64,000 bases of DNA from an uncultured Gemmatimonadales bacterium (lineage in GTDB: Bacteria; Gemmatimonadota; Gemmatimonadetes; Gemmatimonadales; GWC2-71-9): contig CAVYZY010000012.1 of NCBI GenBank assembly GCA_963773095.1, forward strand, positions 123,130 to 187,129, given 5' to 3'. Both the position numbers and the translations under genes were made by a program. Under the pieces are notes generated by a model. The model was not told where the DNA came from and did no database searches. It worked only from the letters and a program-made list of their open reading frames with translations. Every line of letters begins with the position of its first letter. Positions within the stretch are counted from its first letter, which is position 1. Shown piece after piece: positions 47,506 to 57,048 of this stretch.

Positions 47506-49127
47506 GCGAAACCTTCGCGCGTGCCGAGCTGTTCGTCGTGCTCCTCGCCGCGATGCTCGGACTCACGGCGCTCGCGCGCCGGCTGCTCGTGCCGTACCCC
47601 ATCCTGCTCGTGCTGGGCGGGCTGGTGCTCGCGTTCATCCCAGGCATCCCAGAGGTGGCGCTCGAGCCCGAACTCGTGTTCGTAGTCTTCCTCCCGCCCA
47701 TCCTCTGGGGCGCCGCCTACTTCACTTCGCTCCGGGACTTCAGGCGGAACCTGCGCGCCATTGGCGGGCTCGCCATCGGCCTCGTCCTGCTCACCACCCT
47801 GGTGATCGGCTTGGTGGCGCACACGATCATCCCGGGCATGAGCTGGGCGGTGGCCTTCTGCCTCGGCGCCATCGTCTCGCCACCCGATGCGGTGGCGGCC
47901 ACCGCCGTGATGAGCCGCATCGGCGTGCCCCGCACGGTGATCACCGTGCTCGAGGGGGAAAGTCTGGTGAACGACGCCAGCGCGCTGGTGCTCTACCGCG
48001 CCGCGGTGGCAGCACTCGTCTCCGGCACGTTCTCGCTCGCAGCCACGGCCGGGAGCTTCATCTTCGTGTCCGGCCTAGGCGTGCTGGTCGGGGTCGCGGC
48101 GGGCTGGGTCACGCGCTGGGCGATTCGTCACATGCCGGAAGGCTATGGCCAGATCGCGCTCACGCTGCTCGGGCCGTACGTCGCCTGGATCGCGGCCGAG
48201 CGCCTCCATGGCTCGGCGGTGCTCGCGTGCGTGGCGGGCGGGCTCTATGTGCGGCAGCACTTCAGCGCCGAGGTGGCGCCGATGGTGCGGCTGCAGTCAC
48301 GCAGCGTCTGGGAGCTCCTGATCTTCCTGCTCAACGGCGTGATCTTCATCCTGATCGGGCTCCAGCTCGGACCGCTGCGTCGCTCGCTCGCCGAGGGCAG
48401 CGCGGGCGAGGTGCTGCGCTGGGGCGTGATCATCACGCTTACCGCGATCGTGGTGCGCCTGCTGTGGATGCCGGTGGGTGCGCGACTGGTGCGGCTCGAC
48501 CGGCGCTACCGGGAGAAGAACCCGCTGCCGCCGGCGCGCTACATCTTCGTCGTGGGCTGGACGGGGATGCGCGGCATCGTCTCCCTCGCCACCGCCCTGG
48601 CACTGCCTCTGACCGTGGCCGGCGGCGCGCCGATGCCGTACCGCTCCGAGATCATCCTCATCACGTTCGTCGTCATCCTCGGCACGCTGGTGGTGCAAGG
48701 CCTGACGCTGGCGCCCCTCGCCCGGCTGCTCGGGCTCTCGGACGAGGACGACAGTTTCGAGCGGGAGCAGCGACTGGCCCGGGAGCAGGCCGCCCAGGCC
48801 GCCATCGTGCGGGTAAACCAGGTGGCGCAGGAGGACTGGGTGCCGCCCTCGATCGCCGCCCAGGTGCGGGCGCATTACGAGCACCGGCTCCAGCGCTTCC
48901 ACCCCGATGCGGCACTGGATCCCGAGTGCAGCGCGGAGCAGGCCGCGGCCCAGCGGCGGTTGCGCCACGCCGCGCTCACCGCGGAACGCCGCACACTGAT
49001 CGCGCTCCGGAACCGCGGCGAGATCAGTGACGACGTCATGCACCACATCGAGCGCGAGCTCGACCTTGAGGCGATGCGGCAGGGCCTCGGCCACCTCACC
49101 CTCGACGCCTCCACGGCGCCGGCCTGA
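47502..49127 (+). CDS. Na+/H+ (cation/proton) antiporter, CPA1/NhaP type, copy 2 (tandem paralog)
   Basis: GTG start overlaps the copy 1 stop (GTGA). Colinear with copy 1 (LVPYPILLVLGGLVLAFIPG...GAIVSPPDAVAATAVMSRIGVPRTVITVLEGESLVNDASALVLY). Confidence 0.88.
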   Translation: MSETFARAELFVVLLAAMLGLTALARRLLVPYPILLVLGGLVLAFIPGIPEVALEPELVFVVFLPPILWGAAYFTSLRDFRRNLRAIGGLAIGLVLLTTLVIGLVAHTIIPGMSWAVAFCLGAIVSPPDAVAATAVMSRIGVPRTVITVLEGESLVNDASALVLYRAAVAALVSGTFSLAATAGSFIFVSGLGVLVGVAAGWVTRWAIRHMPEGYGQIALTLLGPYVAWIAAERLHGSAVLACVAGGLYVRQHFSAEVAPMVRLQSRSVWELLIFLLNGVIFILIGLQLGPLRRSLAEGSAGEVLRWGVIITLTAIVVRLLWMPVGARLVRLDRRYREKNPLPPARYIFVVGWTGMRGIVSLATALALPLTVAGGAPMPYRSEIILITFVVILGTLVVQGLTLAPLARLLGLSDEDDSFEREQRLAREQAAQAAIVRVNQVAQEDWVPPSIAAQVRAHYEHRLQRFHPDAALDPECSAEQAAAQRRLRHAALTAERRTLIALRNRGEISDDVMHHIERELDLEAMRQGLGHLTLDASTAPA

Positions 49128-49160
49128 CGCACAACGCATATCGGGATATCTTTGCCGGCC

Positions 49161-50231
49161 ATGGATGACACCTCCCTGAAGTTCCTGAAGACACTGCTCG
49201 GCACTCCCGGGCCATCCTCCTACGAAATTGCACCCGCCCGCCTCTGGCGCACCGAGGCGGGGAAGCTGACAAGTGCCGTCCGCGGCGACGTGGCGGGCAA
49301 CTCGTACGCCACCCTGGCGGGCAGCGGCGGACCGGCCGTGATGCTGGCCGGGCACATCGACGAGATCGGCATCATCATCACCCACATCGACGACCAGGGA
49401 TACCTGAGCTTCGACGGCATCGGTGGATGGGATGCCCAGGTCTTCGTGGGGCAGCGGGTGACGCTGCTGGGCCGTGACGGCCATGTCACCGGGGTGGTCG
49501 GGAAGAAGGCGATCCACCTGATGGAGAAGGAGGAGCGCGAGAAGGTCTCCCGCATCGAGGATCTCTGGATCGACATCGGCGCCGCCAGCAGGACCGAGGC
49601 CGAGGTGCATGTCCGGATGGGCGACGCCGGTGTGCTCGCAGCGGGGCCGCTCGAGCTGCCCAACGGCCGCCTGGTGAGCCGCAGCCTCGACAACCGCGTG
49701 GGGGCCTTCGTGGTGCTCGAGGCACTGCGCCTGCTCAAGGCGGGTGGCGCGACGGCCGCAACCGTCACTGCGGTCGCCACGACGCGGGAGGAGATCTCCT
49801 ACACCGGTGGCGGCGCCCGGACGTCCGCGTCCGACCTCCAGGCGGTCGCCGCCCTCGTCGTGGACGTAACCCATGCCACCGACTATCCCGGCCTCGAGAA
49901 GCGGAAGCATGGTGAATACCGGCTGGGCGGGGGCCCGGTGATCGGGCGAGGCGCGTCACTCAGCAGCCTGGTCTCGGACCAGCTGATCGAGGCCGCTGAG
50001 GCGGAGAAGATCCCCTACTCGATCGAGGCCGCGTCGCGCGACACGCACACCGACGCCGAGGCGATCTTCAACAGCCACCGGGGCGTCGCGACTGGCCTGG
50101 TGTCGGTGCCGTTGCGCTACATGCACAGCCCGAACGAGATGGTGCTGCTGGAGGATGTCGAGAACACGGCGAAGCTGCTGGCCGCGTTCTGCCGGAGGGT
50201 GAAGAAGGAGATGGACTTCGTACCTCGGTGA
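49161..50231 (+). CDS. M42 family metallopeptidase (glutamyl aminopeptidase/FrvX-like)
   Basis: FLKTLLGTPGPSSYE...MLAGHIDEIGIIITHIDDQGYLSFDGIGGW. The start may be the TTG at 49152. Confidence 0.85.
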   Translation: MDDTSLKFLKTLLGTPGPSSYEIAPARLWRTEAGKLTSAVRGDVAGNSYATLAGSGGPAVMLAGHIDEIGIIITHIDDQGYLSFDGIGGWDAQVFVGQRVTLLGRDGHVTGVVGKKAIHLMEKEEREKVSRIEDLWIDIGAASRTEAEVHVRMGDAGVLAAGPLELPNGRLVSRSLDNRVGAFVVLEALRLLKAGGATAATVTAVATTREEISYTGGGARTSASDLQAVAALVVDVTHATDYPGLEKRKHGEYRLGGGPVIGRGASLSSLVSDQLIEAAEAEKIPYSIEAASRDTHTDAEAIFNSHRGVATGLVSVPLRYMHSPNEMVLLEDVENTAKLLAAFCRRVKKEMDFVPR

Positions 50232-50272
50232 GAACAGCGGAAGGACCAGCAACGTGAGGAGTGACGACTGAG

Positions 50273-50292
50273 GAGGTGGCTGCTGCCGCCTC
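50273..50292. terminator. Hairpin between convergent genes, nested in a larger heptamer-based palindrome (50253-50323)
   Basis: GAGGTGGC-tgct-GCCGCCTC (one G-U pair). The outer arms CGTGAGGAG (50253-50261) and CTCCTCACG (50315-50323) are perfectly complementary. Confidence 0.45.
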
Positions 50293-50318
50293 ACGCCTCA
50301 CGCTGTTTCAGTTCCTCC

Positions 50319-51839
50319 TCACGTCTTCCGCATCCCCGCAAGCGCCTCCTGCGCTGCATCCCGCACGCTCTGCTCATCATCGCCGAGCAGGCCCTGCAGC
50401 GCCGTGGCGGCCGGTGCGCTCCCCGCGACCCGGAGCCCCGCAATCGCCGCCAAACGAGTGGTCAGGGGACGCCGGTTGAAGAGGCGGCGGCCCGGGGCTG
50501 CCGCGCGCGCGAGCGCCTGGACCGCGTCCGGGGTCCCGATGCGACCCAGCGCCAGCAGCAGCTCGCGCAGCACGTCGGAGTTGGTTTCCTCCTCCGCCGC
50601 GAGCGCCAGTGACATCGCGAGACCACGGGAACGCGTGCCGTCGAGTCCCTGCACCGCCTGCAGCCGCACCTGGGGCGAGGCATCATGGAGCAACTGCCGC
50701 AGCGGCTCGACGGCGAGCGATGTGCCGATCTTGGCCAGGGCACCGGCGACCGCACGGCGCACCCGTTCATCGGTGTGGGTCACGTGGCGCGCCAGCTGCG
50801 GGACGGTGTCCTCGGCCCGCAGGTCGCCGCAGAGCTCCGCAACATTGCGCACCACGAACCATTCGTCGTGCAGCAGGAGGCGGCCGAGGAGCGGTGAGGC
50901 AGTGTTCACCTGCCGTAGCGCGTTGTAGAGCGCGCGCCGCTGCTCCATCGACTCCGACTCGACCAGCTCGTGCAGGAGAGTCTCCGAGGCATCCGCGCCG
51001 GCGTGCTTCAGCACCTCGAGCGCGTCCTGCCGCTTCGGTCCGCCGGTGAGCCTGGCAATGTGCTCCACCGCCTTCGACGGCAGCATCCGCCGGATGGCGA
51101 TCTGGTAGGTGCGCTTGAGCTCGCCGTCCGGGATCTCGCGCTCGAGGCGGGCCACCGCCGCCGCGGTCGTCACCACGGCGTCGTAGTCGCAGTCGCGGAG
51201 TGAGGAATCCACACCGGCTACGACCGCCTCCAGGCGACCGGGTGCCTCGGGACCCGCCGGATCAGCGGTGAGCTGGCGCAGTGCCTCATCGCGCAGCTCG
51301 CCGGGCACGCGTCCAAGATGCCGGTAGCTGTGCGCCGCACCGACCTGCTCGGGGATCGCCGAGCCGTGCAGGATCTCGTCACCGGAGATGAATCCGCTGG
51401 CCTGGTCCACCTGCTCCCCGCCCTCCTCGCCAGCGGCGCCGATGTGCACCAGAGGCCGGGTCTCGGGGTCGATGTCGGCGATTAGGTGTTCCACCGAGTC
51501 GAAGCGTCCCACCGGTGAGGACAGCGCCCGAAGCACCGAGAGCACCGAGGCAGGTGGGAGCCCACCGGGGAGGCGAACCGACGCGATGCCATGCCCGCGG
51601 AGGTGCTCGGTAAGGTCACCGACGCCGGGAAGGTCGGATGTAACTGGAACGCCGCCGAGTTCGACACCCGATTCCCTGACCCGGAGCTCCAGCGGACTCT
51701 CGCCCAGCGCGTTGAGAAACGCCTTGAAAGCCCGGGCCTGGTCCTCGCGGCGGGGGGGATGGGCACGCAGCAACGCGAGCACGGAGCTCAGCGTCGCTGC
51801 AATCGCCGCCGCAGGTTGACTCATCAGCGCACCGGTCAC
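50319..51839 (-). CDS. HEAT-repeat protein with an uncharacterised N-terminal half
   Basis: 506 aa. The C-terminal approximately 200 aa show repeated HEAT/PBS-lyase-like units (ERVRRAVAGALAKIG, PQVRLQAVQGLDG, VLRELLLALGRIG, QSVRDAAQEALAGM). Confidence 0.7.
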   Translation of the reverse strand: MTGALMSQPAAAIAATLSSVLALLRAHPPRREDQARAFKAFLNALGESPLELRVRESGVELGGVPVTSDLPGVGDLTEHLRGHGIASVRLPGGLPPASVLSVLRALSSPVGRFDSVEHLIADIDPETRPLVHIGAAGEEGGEQVDQASGFISGDEILHGSAIPEQVGAAHSYRHLGRVPGELRDEALRQLTADPAGPEAPGRLEAVVAGVDSSLRDCDYDAVVTTAAAVARLEREIPDGELKRTYQIAIRRMLPSKAVEHIARLTGGPKRQDALEVLKHAGADASETLLHELVESESMEQRRALYNALRQVNTASPLLGRLLLHDEWFVVRNVAELCGDLRAEDTVPQLARHVTHTDERVRRAVAGALAKIGTSLAVEPLRQLLHDASPQVRLQAVQGLDGTRSRGLAMSLALAAEEETNSDVLRELLLALGRIGTPDAVQALARAAAPGRRLFNRRPLTTRLAAIAGLRVAGSAPAATALQGLLGDDEQSVRDAAQEALAGMRKT

Positions 51840-52050
51840 AACAGGGTTGCTTTCGTTGACGACAGTTGTTGCAGCGCCCAGGGATTGGCCCTAAGGCATT
51901 GCAGAACAATGGGTTAGCGATACGTGACTGGGGGCCATACAGGCCGGCCCAAGCCTGCTGGATGTGCAAGGCGCTTGCCATCCGGGCAATCCCGGTTGAG
52001 GCCCGGCCCGGCGGGGTCTAACATTGGTCCTTCTCCTGAAAGGGTCTCCG

Positions 52051-53322
52051 GTGCTTCAGTCGTTCGTACGCATTCTGCTCGTTCTTGCTGTGCTTCCCTC
52101 GGTGGCCCTCGCACAGAGTGCCGCCGTCGACCAGCCTCGCATCCTCGACGACATCAAGTACCTGTCGGACGATCGGCTCGAAGGCCGGTTCACCGGCACG
52201 CCCGCCGCCGACACGGCGGCGGCCTACATCCAGCAGCGCTTCAAGCAGGTAGGGCTGCAGGCGCCGGCGGGAGGTTGGTTCCAGGAGTTCAAGGTGGAAG
52301 GCGGTGCCGCGCAGCACGTGGCCGCCGCCGGCACCGTGGGACGGAACGTCGTCGGCCTCCTGCCCGGCTCCGACCCGGTGCTGCGCGAACAGGTCATCGT
52401 GGTGGGTGCGCATTATGACCATCTGGGCGGTGGCGCGTTCGGCGCGCTCGATCCCGACAGCACCGGCAAGACGCACAACGGAGCCGACGACAACGCATCG
52501 GGCGTGGCGGCAATCATCAGCCTGGCCCAGCGCCTGGCGCTGAATCCGCCGGCGCGCACGATCGTGTTCGTGGCCTTCAGCGGCGAAGAACTCGGGCTCC
52601 TCGGCTCTGCCTACTACGTGCGCCAGCCTGTCGTGCCGCTCGCCAGGACCATGGCGATGATCAACTTCGACATGGTGGGCCGCCTGCGGAACGACAAGCT
52701 GATCATCTACGGCACCGAGACAGCGACCCAGTTCGCGCCACTCCTCGACTCGCTCAACAAGTCATTCGGCTTCGACCTCAAGGCGCGCGGTGACGGCTAC
52801 GGCCCGAGCGACCAGTCGGCGTTCTATGCCGGAAAGAAGCCGGTGCTCCACTTCTTCACCGACCTGCACGAGGACTATCACCGCACCACGGACGACTGGC
52901 AGAAGATCAACGTGGCGGGAATACTCAAGGTGACGGACTTCGCCGCAGCACTGCTGCGGGAACTGGGCGACCGGCCGACGCCGCTTACCTTCGTGGACCA
53001 GCCCTCGCCCCATGCGCAGGCACCCGCGCCGGGTCAGGTGCAGACGCCGGGGTATGGCGCCTACCTCGGCACTGTTCCGGACATGGCTGGCGACCCGGGT
53101 GGCGTGAAGCTGAGCGGCGTGCGCGCGGGCAGCCCGGCGGAAAAGGCCGGGCTGCAACGCGACGACATTATCACCCGCATCGGCGACATGCAGGTCACCG
53201 ACCTTCAGGCGATGACCGATGCGCTCCGGGCGCACAAGCCGGGTGACGTCGTGCCCATCACCGTCCAGCGCGACGGAAAGCCGCTCACCGTCACGGTCAC
53301 GCTGGGCACGCGGACCGGCTGA
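52051..53322 (+). CDS. M28 family aminopeptidase with a C-terminal PDZ domain, secreted
   Basis: Probable GTG start at 52051 giving signal peptide LQSFVRILLVLAVLPSVALAQS. VGAHYDHLG, NGADDNASGVAA, FSGEELGLLGS. PDZ segment GVKLSGVRAGSPAEKAGLQRDDIITRIG. Confidence 0.85.
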   Translation: MLQSFVRILLVLAVLPSVALAQSAAVDQPRILDDIKYLSDDRLEGRFTGTPAADTAAAYIQQRFKQVGLQAPAGGWFQEFKVEGGAAQHVAAAGTVGRNVVGLLPGSDPVLREQVIVVGAHYDHLGGGAFGALDPDSTGKTHNGADDNASGVAAIISLAQRLALNPPARTIVFVAFSGEELGLLGSAYYVRQPVVPLARTMAMINFDMVGRLRNDKLIIYGTETATQFAPLLDSLNKSFGFDLKARGDGYGPSDQSAFYAGKKPVLHFFTDLHEDYHRTTDDWQKINVAGILKVTDFAAALLRELGDRPTPLTFVDQPSPHAQAPAPGQVQTPGYGAYLGTVPDMAGDPGGVKLSGVRAGSPAEKAGLQRDDIITRIGDMQVTDLQAMTDALRAHKPGDVVPITVQRDGKPLTVTVTLGTRTG

Positions 53323-53777
53323 TGACCGTGCTCAAGCCGGAGCCGATCGTGGCCGCGCTGCGCGGTGCGTTCACGCGCGACGTCGGCCGCGAGTCGATGC
53401 TGCAACTCGCCGCCGAGCGGATCCAGTCAGCGGGCAGCCCATACACCTCGGTGTACATGTACATGCTCCGCGGAGAGGAACTCGTCCTCGAGGCGTTCGC
53501 CGGCCGCGACACGGAGCACACCCGCATCGCCGTGGGCCAGGGCGTGTGCGGGACCGCCGTCGCCACCGGCGCGGACCAGAACGTTCCAGACGTGCGCGCG
53601 CGGGAGAACTACATCGCGTGCAACGTCTGGACACGGTCGGAGCTTGTGGTGCTCATCCGGCGCGGCAGCGTGATCCTGGGCCAGATCGACGTGGACAGCG
53701 ACGCGCCCGATCCGTTCACGGCCGATGAGCAGGCAGCGGTGAAGCAGGTGGCCGACGCACTGGCCGTGCTCCTCTGA
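53322..53777 (+). CDS. GAF domain protein (free Met-R-sulfoxide reductase/YebR-like)
   Basis: 151 aa. YTSVYMYMLRGEELVLEAFAG...IAVGQGVCGTAVATG...ACNVWTRSELVVLIR...GQIDVDS. Confidence 0.75.
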   Translation: MTVLKPEPIVAALRGAFTRDVGRESMLQLAAERIQSAGSPYTSVYMYMLRGEELVLEAFAGRDTEHTRIAVGQGVCGTAVATGADQNVPDVRARENYIACNVWTRSELVVLIRRGSVILGQIDVDSDAPDPFTADEQAAVKQVADALAVLL

Positions 53778-53797
53778 CCACGCGCCTTGTTCGCGGC

Positions 53798-54613
53798 GTG
53801 TCGCTCTTCGAGCGTCGCGTCGGTCAGGGGCCGCCGGTGGTGTTGCTGCACGGCGGCCCCGGTGCGAGCCACGACTACCTCCGCCCCGGATTCGACCTCC
53901 TCGCCGAGGGCCGCACCCTCATCTACTACGACCAGCGCGGTGGTGGCCAGTCGCCGGTGCCGACGGGCACACCGGTGGGCTGGCACGAGCAGGTCGCCGA
54001 CCTCGAGGCACTCCGGGAGGCGTGGGGTCTCGAGCGACTGACGATCTGCGGCTACTCCTGGGGCGGGCTCCTGGCCATGCTGTATGCCACCGAGCATCCC
54101 GGGCGCGTGGCGCGCCTCGCGCTCGTGTCCCCGGCGCCTGCATGGCGCGCCGCGCGACTGGAGTTCGAGAGCACGTTCTCGGCCCGGAACATGAGCCCCG
54201 CGCTGCAGGCGGAGCGTGCTGTGCTGCGCGACAGCGGACTCCGCGAGCGCGACCCGGAGGCATACCAGCGCCGGTTGTTCGAGCTCTCGGTGGTGCCCTA
54301 CTTCGTCGATCCGACGCTGGTGCGGAAGCTCACCGCGTTCCGGATCATCGCGCGGACGCAGCAGGAGGTCTGGTCGAGCCTGGGCGACTACGACCTCCGG
54401 CCTCAGCTCGCGGAACTCGATGTCCCGGCGCTGGTGCTTCACGGCAAGGAGGATGTGATCCCCGCCTGGGCAGCCGAAGAGGCGGCTCGGCTGCTCCGCG
54501 CCGAATGGCACCTGCTCTCGCCCTGCGGCCATTGTCCCCACGTGGAGCAGGCGGACGCGTTTGCACGTGCACTGAACGGGTTTCTTGACGGGCGTGAGGG
54601 CGTGAAGACTTGA
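53798..54613 (+). CDS. Alpha/beta hydrolase (proline iminopeptidase-like)
   Basis: 271 aa. PVVLLHGGPGASHDY, nucleophile elbow GYSWGG, C-terminal CGHCPHVEQ. Confidence 0.82.
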   Translation: MSLFERRVGQGPPVVLLHGGPGASHDYLRPGFDLLAEGRTLIYYDQRGGGQSPVPTGTPVGWHEQVADLEALREAWGLERLTICGYSWGGLLAMLYATEHPGRVARLALVSPAPAWRAARLEFESTFSARNMSPALQAERAVLRDSGLRERDPEAYQRRLFELSVVPYFVDPTLVRKLTAFRIIARTQQEVWSSLGDYDLRPQLAELDVPALVLHGKEDVIPAWAAEEAARLLRAEWHLLSPCGHCPHVEQADAFARALNGFLDGREGVKT

Positions 54614-54628
54614 GGGTATCTTTGTTCT

Positions 54629-55297
54629 GTGCCCCGCCCCACTCCGTCCGACCTCGTGTTCGATCCCCTCGCTGACGACCGTTTCCCGGCCATCCGCGAC
54701 GCCCTCGCCAGAACCGGGCGTGACCCACGCGACCGCGATGCCTTCCTCATGGTCCGGGAGAGCGTCTCGCTGATCCGCGACCTGCGCCCCGAGGGCGGCG
54801 TCGGCGACGGCATGGACCAGCTCGTGGCGCTCGTCCACCATGCCTACCTCTTCTGGGCCGGCGAGCGGAGCGTGCGATCGATCGACCGGCCCGGCCTTGA
54901 CCTGCTGCTCACCGCGGAGCTCCCGAGCGACCTGAGCGACGACACACTCGCCTGGTACCTGCAGCTCCCCGAGCGACGCGTGTGGGCGCAGGCCATCGAG
55001 GGTTCGGCGCATGAGCCGCTCGACGGCATCTTCGTGCATCACGCTCCAGGGGGGACGCTGCGGGTGCTCGCTGCGCTGGGCATTCACCCCGATCGCGACG
55101 GATTTACCGTCGTGGAAGCCACCGGTGCACGCCTGGCAGGCCTTGCGCGACCCGACTCGGCGCCATTCAGCAGTCTGCTCTCCGGGGGCGCGGCAGCCGG
55201 CCTCTACTCCATCGCCGGCGCTAACGAGCTGATCGAACTTGGATGGCGCTCGCAGGCCCTGGAGCACCATCCCGGCGCCGTGACCACGGCGCATTGA
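54629..55297 (+). CDS. Hypothetical protein upstream of polX
   Basis: 222 aa, GTG start, coding-like codon bias. No family recognised. Stop lies 2 nt before the polX ATG. Confidence 0.5.
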   Translation: MPRPTPSDLVFDPLADDRFPAIRDALARTGRDPRDRDAFLMVRESVSLIRDLRPEGGVGDGMDQLVALVHHAYLFWAGERSVRSIDRPGLDLLLTAELPSDLSDDTLAWYLQLPERRVWAQAIEGSAHEPLDGIFVHHAPGGTLRVLAALGIHPDRDGFTVVEATGARLAGLARPDSAPFSSLLSGGAAAGLYSIAGANELIELGWRSQALEHHPGAVTTAH

Positions 55298-55299
55298 GC

Positions 55300-57048
55300 A
55301 TGACCACACCTCTACCACTCTCCCACGTCGACAAGAAGAGCGCCGCGCAGGTGCTCGAGCAGATCGCGTCGTTCCTCGAACTCAAGGGCGAGAATCCCTT
55401 CCGGATCCGGGCCTTCCGTACCGCGTCGAAGACGATCGCGGGGCTGCCGGGCGAGCTCGCGCCGGCGTTGGCCGACGGCACCCTCGCCGCGACGAAGGGC
55501 ATCGGGCCCGCCACGCTGCAGATCGTGCTCGAGGTGGTGACGACGGGACGGGCCTCACTGCTCGAGGAGCTGCGCGACCAGGTGCCCCCCGGCCTCCTCG
55601 ACATGCTGCAGATCCCCGGACTCGGCGTGGCCAAGATCCGGCTCATCCACGAAACGCTGAAGGTCGATTCGGTCGCGGAGCTGGAGGCGGCGGCGCTCGA
55701 CGGCAGCCTGGCTAGACTGCCGCGCTTCGGGCAGAAGACGGCAGAGAACATCCTCAAGGGAATCCGCTTCCTGCGCCAGGCCAGTGCCTGGCGCCTGTCA
55801 CACCACGCGGCCGAGGAGGCCGACGGGCTGCGCGCGGCCCTGAGCCAGCTCAAGGGCGTGCGCCAGGCGATCGTGGCGGGTGACGTCCGGCGTCGCGCGG
55901 AGGTGGTCCGCGACGTCGTGATCGTGCTGACGAGCGAGGCGTTGCCGGCGGAGATCTTCGGCCTCCTGAGCGAGCTGCCGGGGGTGAGCGAGTTCGCGGG
56001 GCAGGACGAGCGCCGTGTGACGCTGCGCTTTGCCGGCGGGAGCACGGCCCAGGTGATCGTGACGACGCCGGTCAATCTCGGGGCCGTGCTGGTGCATGCG
56101 ACGGGCAGCGAGGCTCACTTGCGACTGCTCGCGGCACACGCGGCAGGCGTGGGATTCGCACTCAGCGGGGCGGCGCTCTGGCGCGGCAGCGAGTTCGTGC
56201 CCACGCCCGACGAAGCCACGCTGTACGCGGCGCTGGGACTGCAGGTGGTTCCGCCGGAGCTGCGCGAGGGGCGGGACGAGATCGCACTGGCCGCCCGCGG
56301 GGCGTTGCCTCGCCTGCTGGAGCGGGACGACTTGCTCGGCTTCCTCCACTGCCACACGAACTACAGCGACGGCACCAATACCGTGGAACAACTGGCAATC
56401 GCGTGCCGGGAGCACGGCTACCGCTACATCGGCATCACGGATCACAGCCAGTCGGCCGCGTATGCCGGCGGCCTCCGGGAAGCCGACCTCGAGCGGCAAT
56501 GGGGCGAGATCGACGCGGTGAACGAGCGCCTCGATGGCGTGCGCATCCTCAAGGGCGTTGAGGCCGACATCCTGCAGGATGGCGCGCTCGACTATCCCGC
56601 ACCGGTACTCGAGCGGCTGGACTTCGTCATCGGCTCGGTGCACAGTCGGTTCAACATGAATGCGGAGGAGATGACCGCACGGGTGCTCCGCGCCCTCGAT
56701 GATCCGGGACTGACCATCCTCGGGCATCCGACTGGTCGCCTGTTGCTGTCGCGCGACCCGTACCAGCTCGACATGAGCGCAGTCATCGAGCGGGCCGCGG
56801 CGCGCGGGGTGGCACTCGAGATCAACGCCGATCCCCACCGGCTCGACCTCGACTGGCGGGTCCTGCCTGCCGTGAAGGACGCGGGTGCGCAGGTGTCGAT
56901 CGGCGCCGACGCCCACAACATCGCGGGCATCGACTACGTGGACTTCGGCGTCGGCATCGCGCGCAAGGGCGGGCTCGGGCCCGACGATGTGCTCAATGCA
57001 CGCGACCTCGACGGGTTCCTCGCGTTTGCCTCGAAGGGGCGCGGCTGA
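55300..57048 (+). CDS. polX: Family X DNA polymerase with a C-terminal PHP domain (PolX)
   Basis: Start at MTTPLPL. AAQVLEQIASFLELKGENPFRIRAFRTAS (8-kDa/HhH region), GIGPATL and IPGLGVAKI HhH motifs. PHP motif GFLHCHTNYSDG...ITDHS. Confidence 0.9.
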   Translation: MTTPLPLSHVDKKSAAQVLEQIASFLELKGENPFRIRAFRTASKTIAGLPGELAPALADGTLAATKGIGPATLQIVLEVVTTGRASLLEELRDQVPPGLLDMLQIPGLGVAKIRLIHETLKVDSVAELEAAALDGSLARLPRFGQKTAENILKGIRFLRQASAWRLSHHAAEEADGLRAALSQLKGVRQAIVAGDVRRRAEVVRDVVIVLTSEALPAEIFGLLSELPGVSEFAGQDERRVTLRFAGGSTAQVIVTTPVNLGAVLVHATGSEAHLRLLAAHAAGVGFALSGAALWRGSEFVPTPDEATLYAALGLQVVPPELREGRDEIALAARGALPRLLERDDLLGFLHCHTNYSDGTNTVEQLAIACREHGYRYIGITDHSQSAAYAGGLREADLERQWGEIDAVNERLDGVRILKGVEADILQDGALDYPAPVLERLDFVIGSVHSRFNMNAEEMTARVLRALDDPGLTILGHPTGRLLLSRDPYQLDMSAVIERAAARGVALEINADPHRLDLDWRVLPAVKDAGAQVSIGADAHNIAGIDYVDFGVGIARKGGLGPDDVLNARDLDGFLAFASKGRG

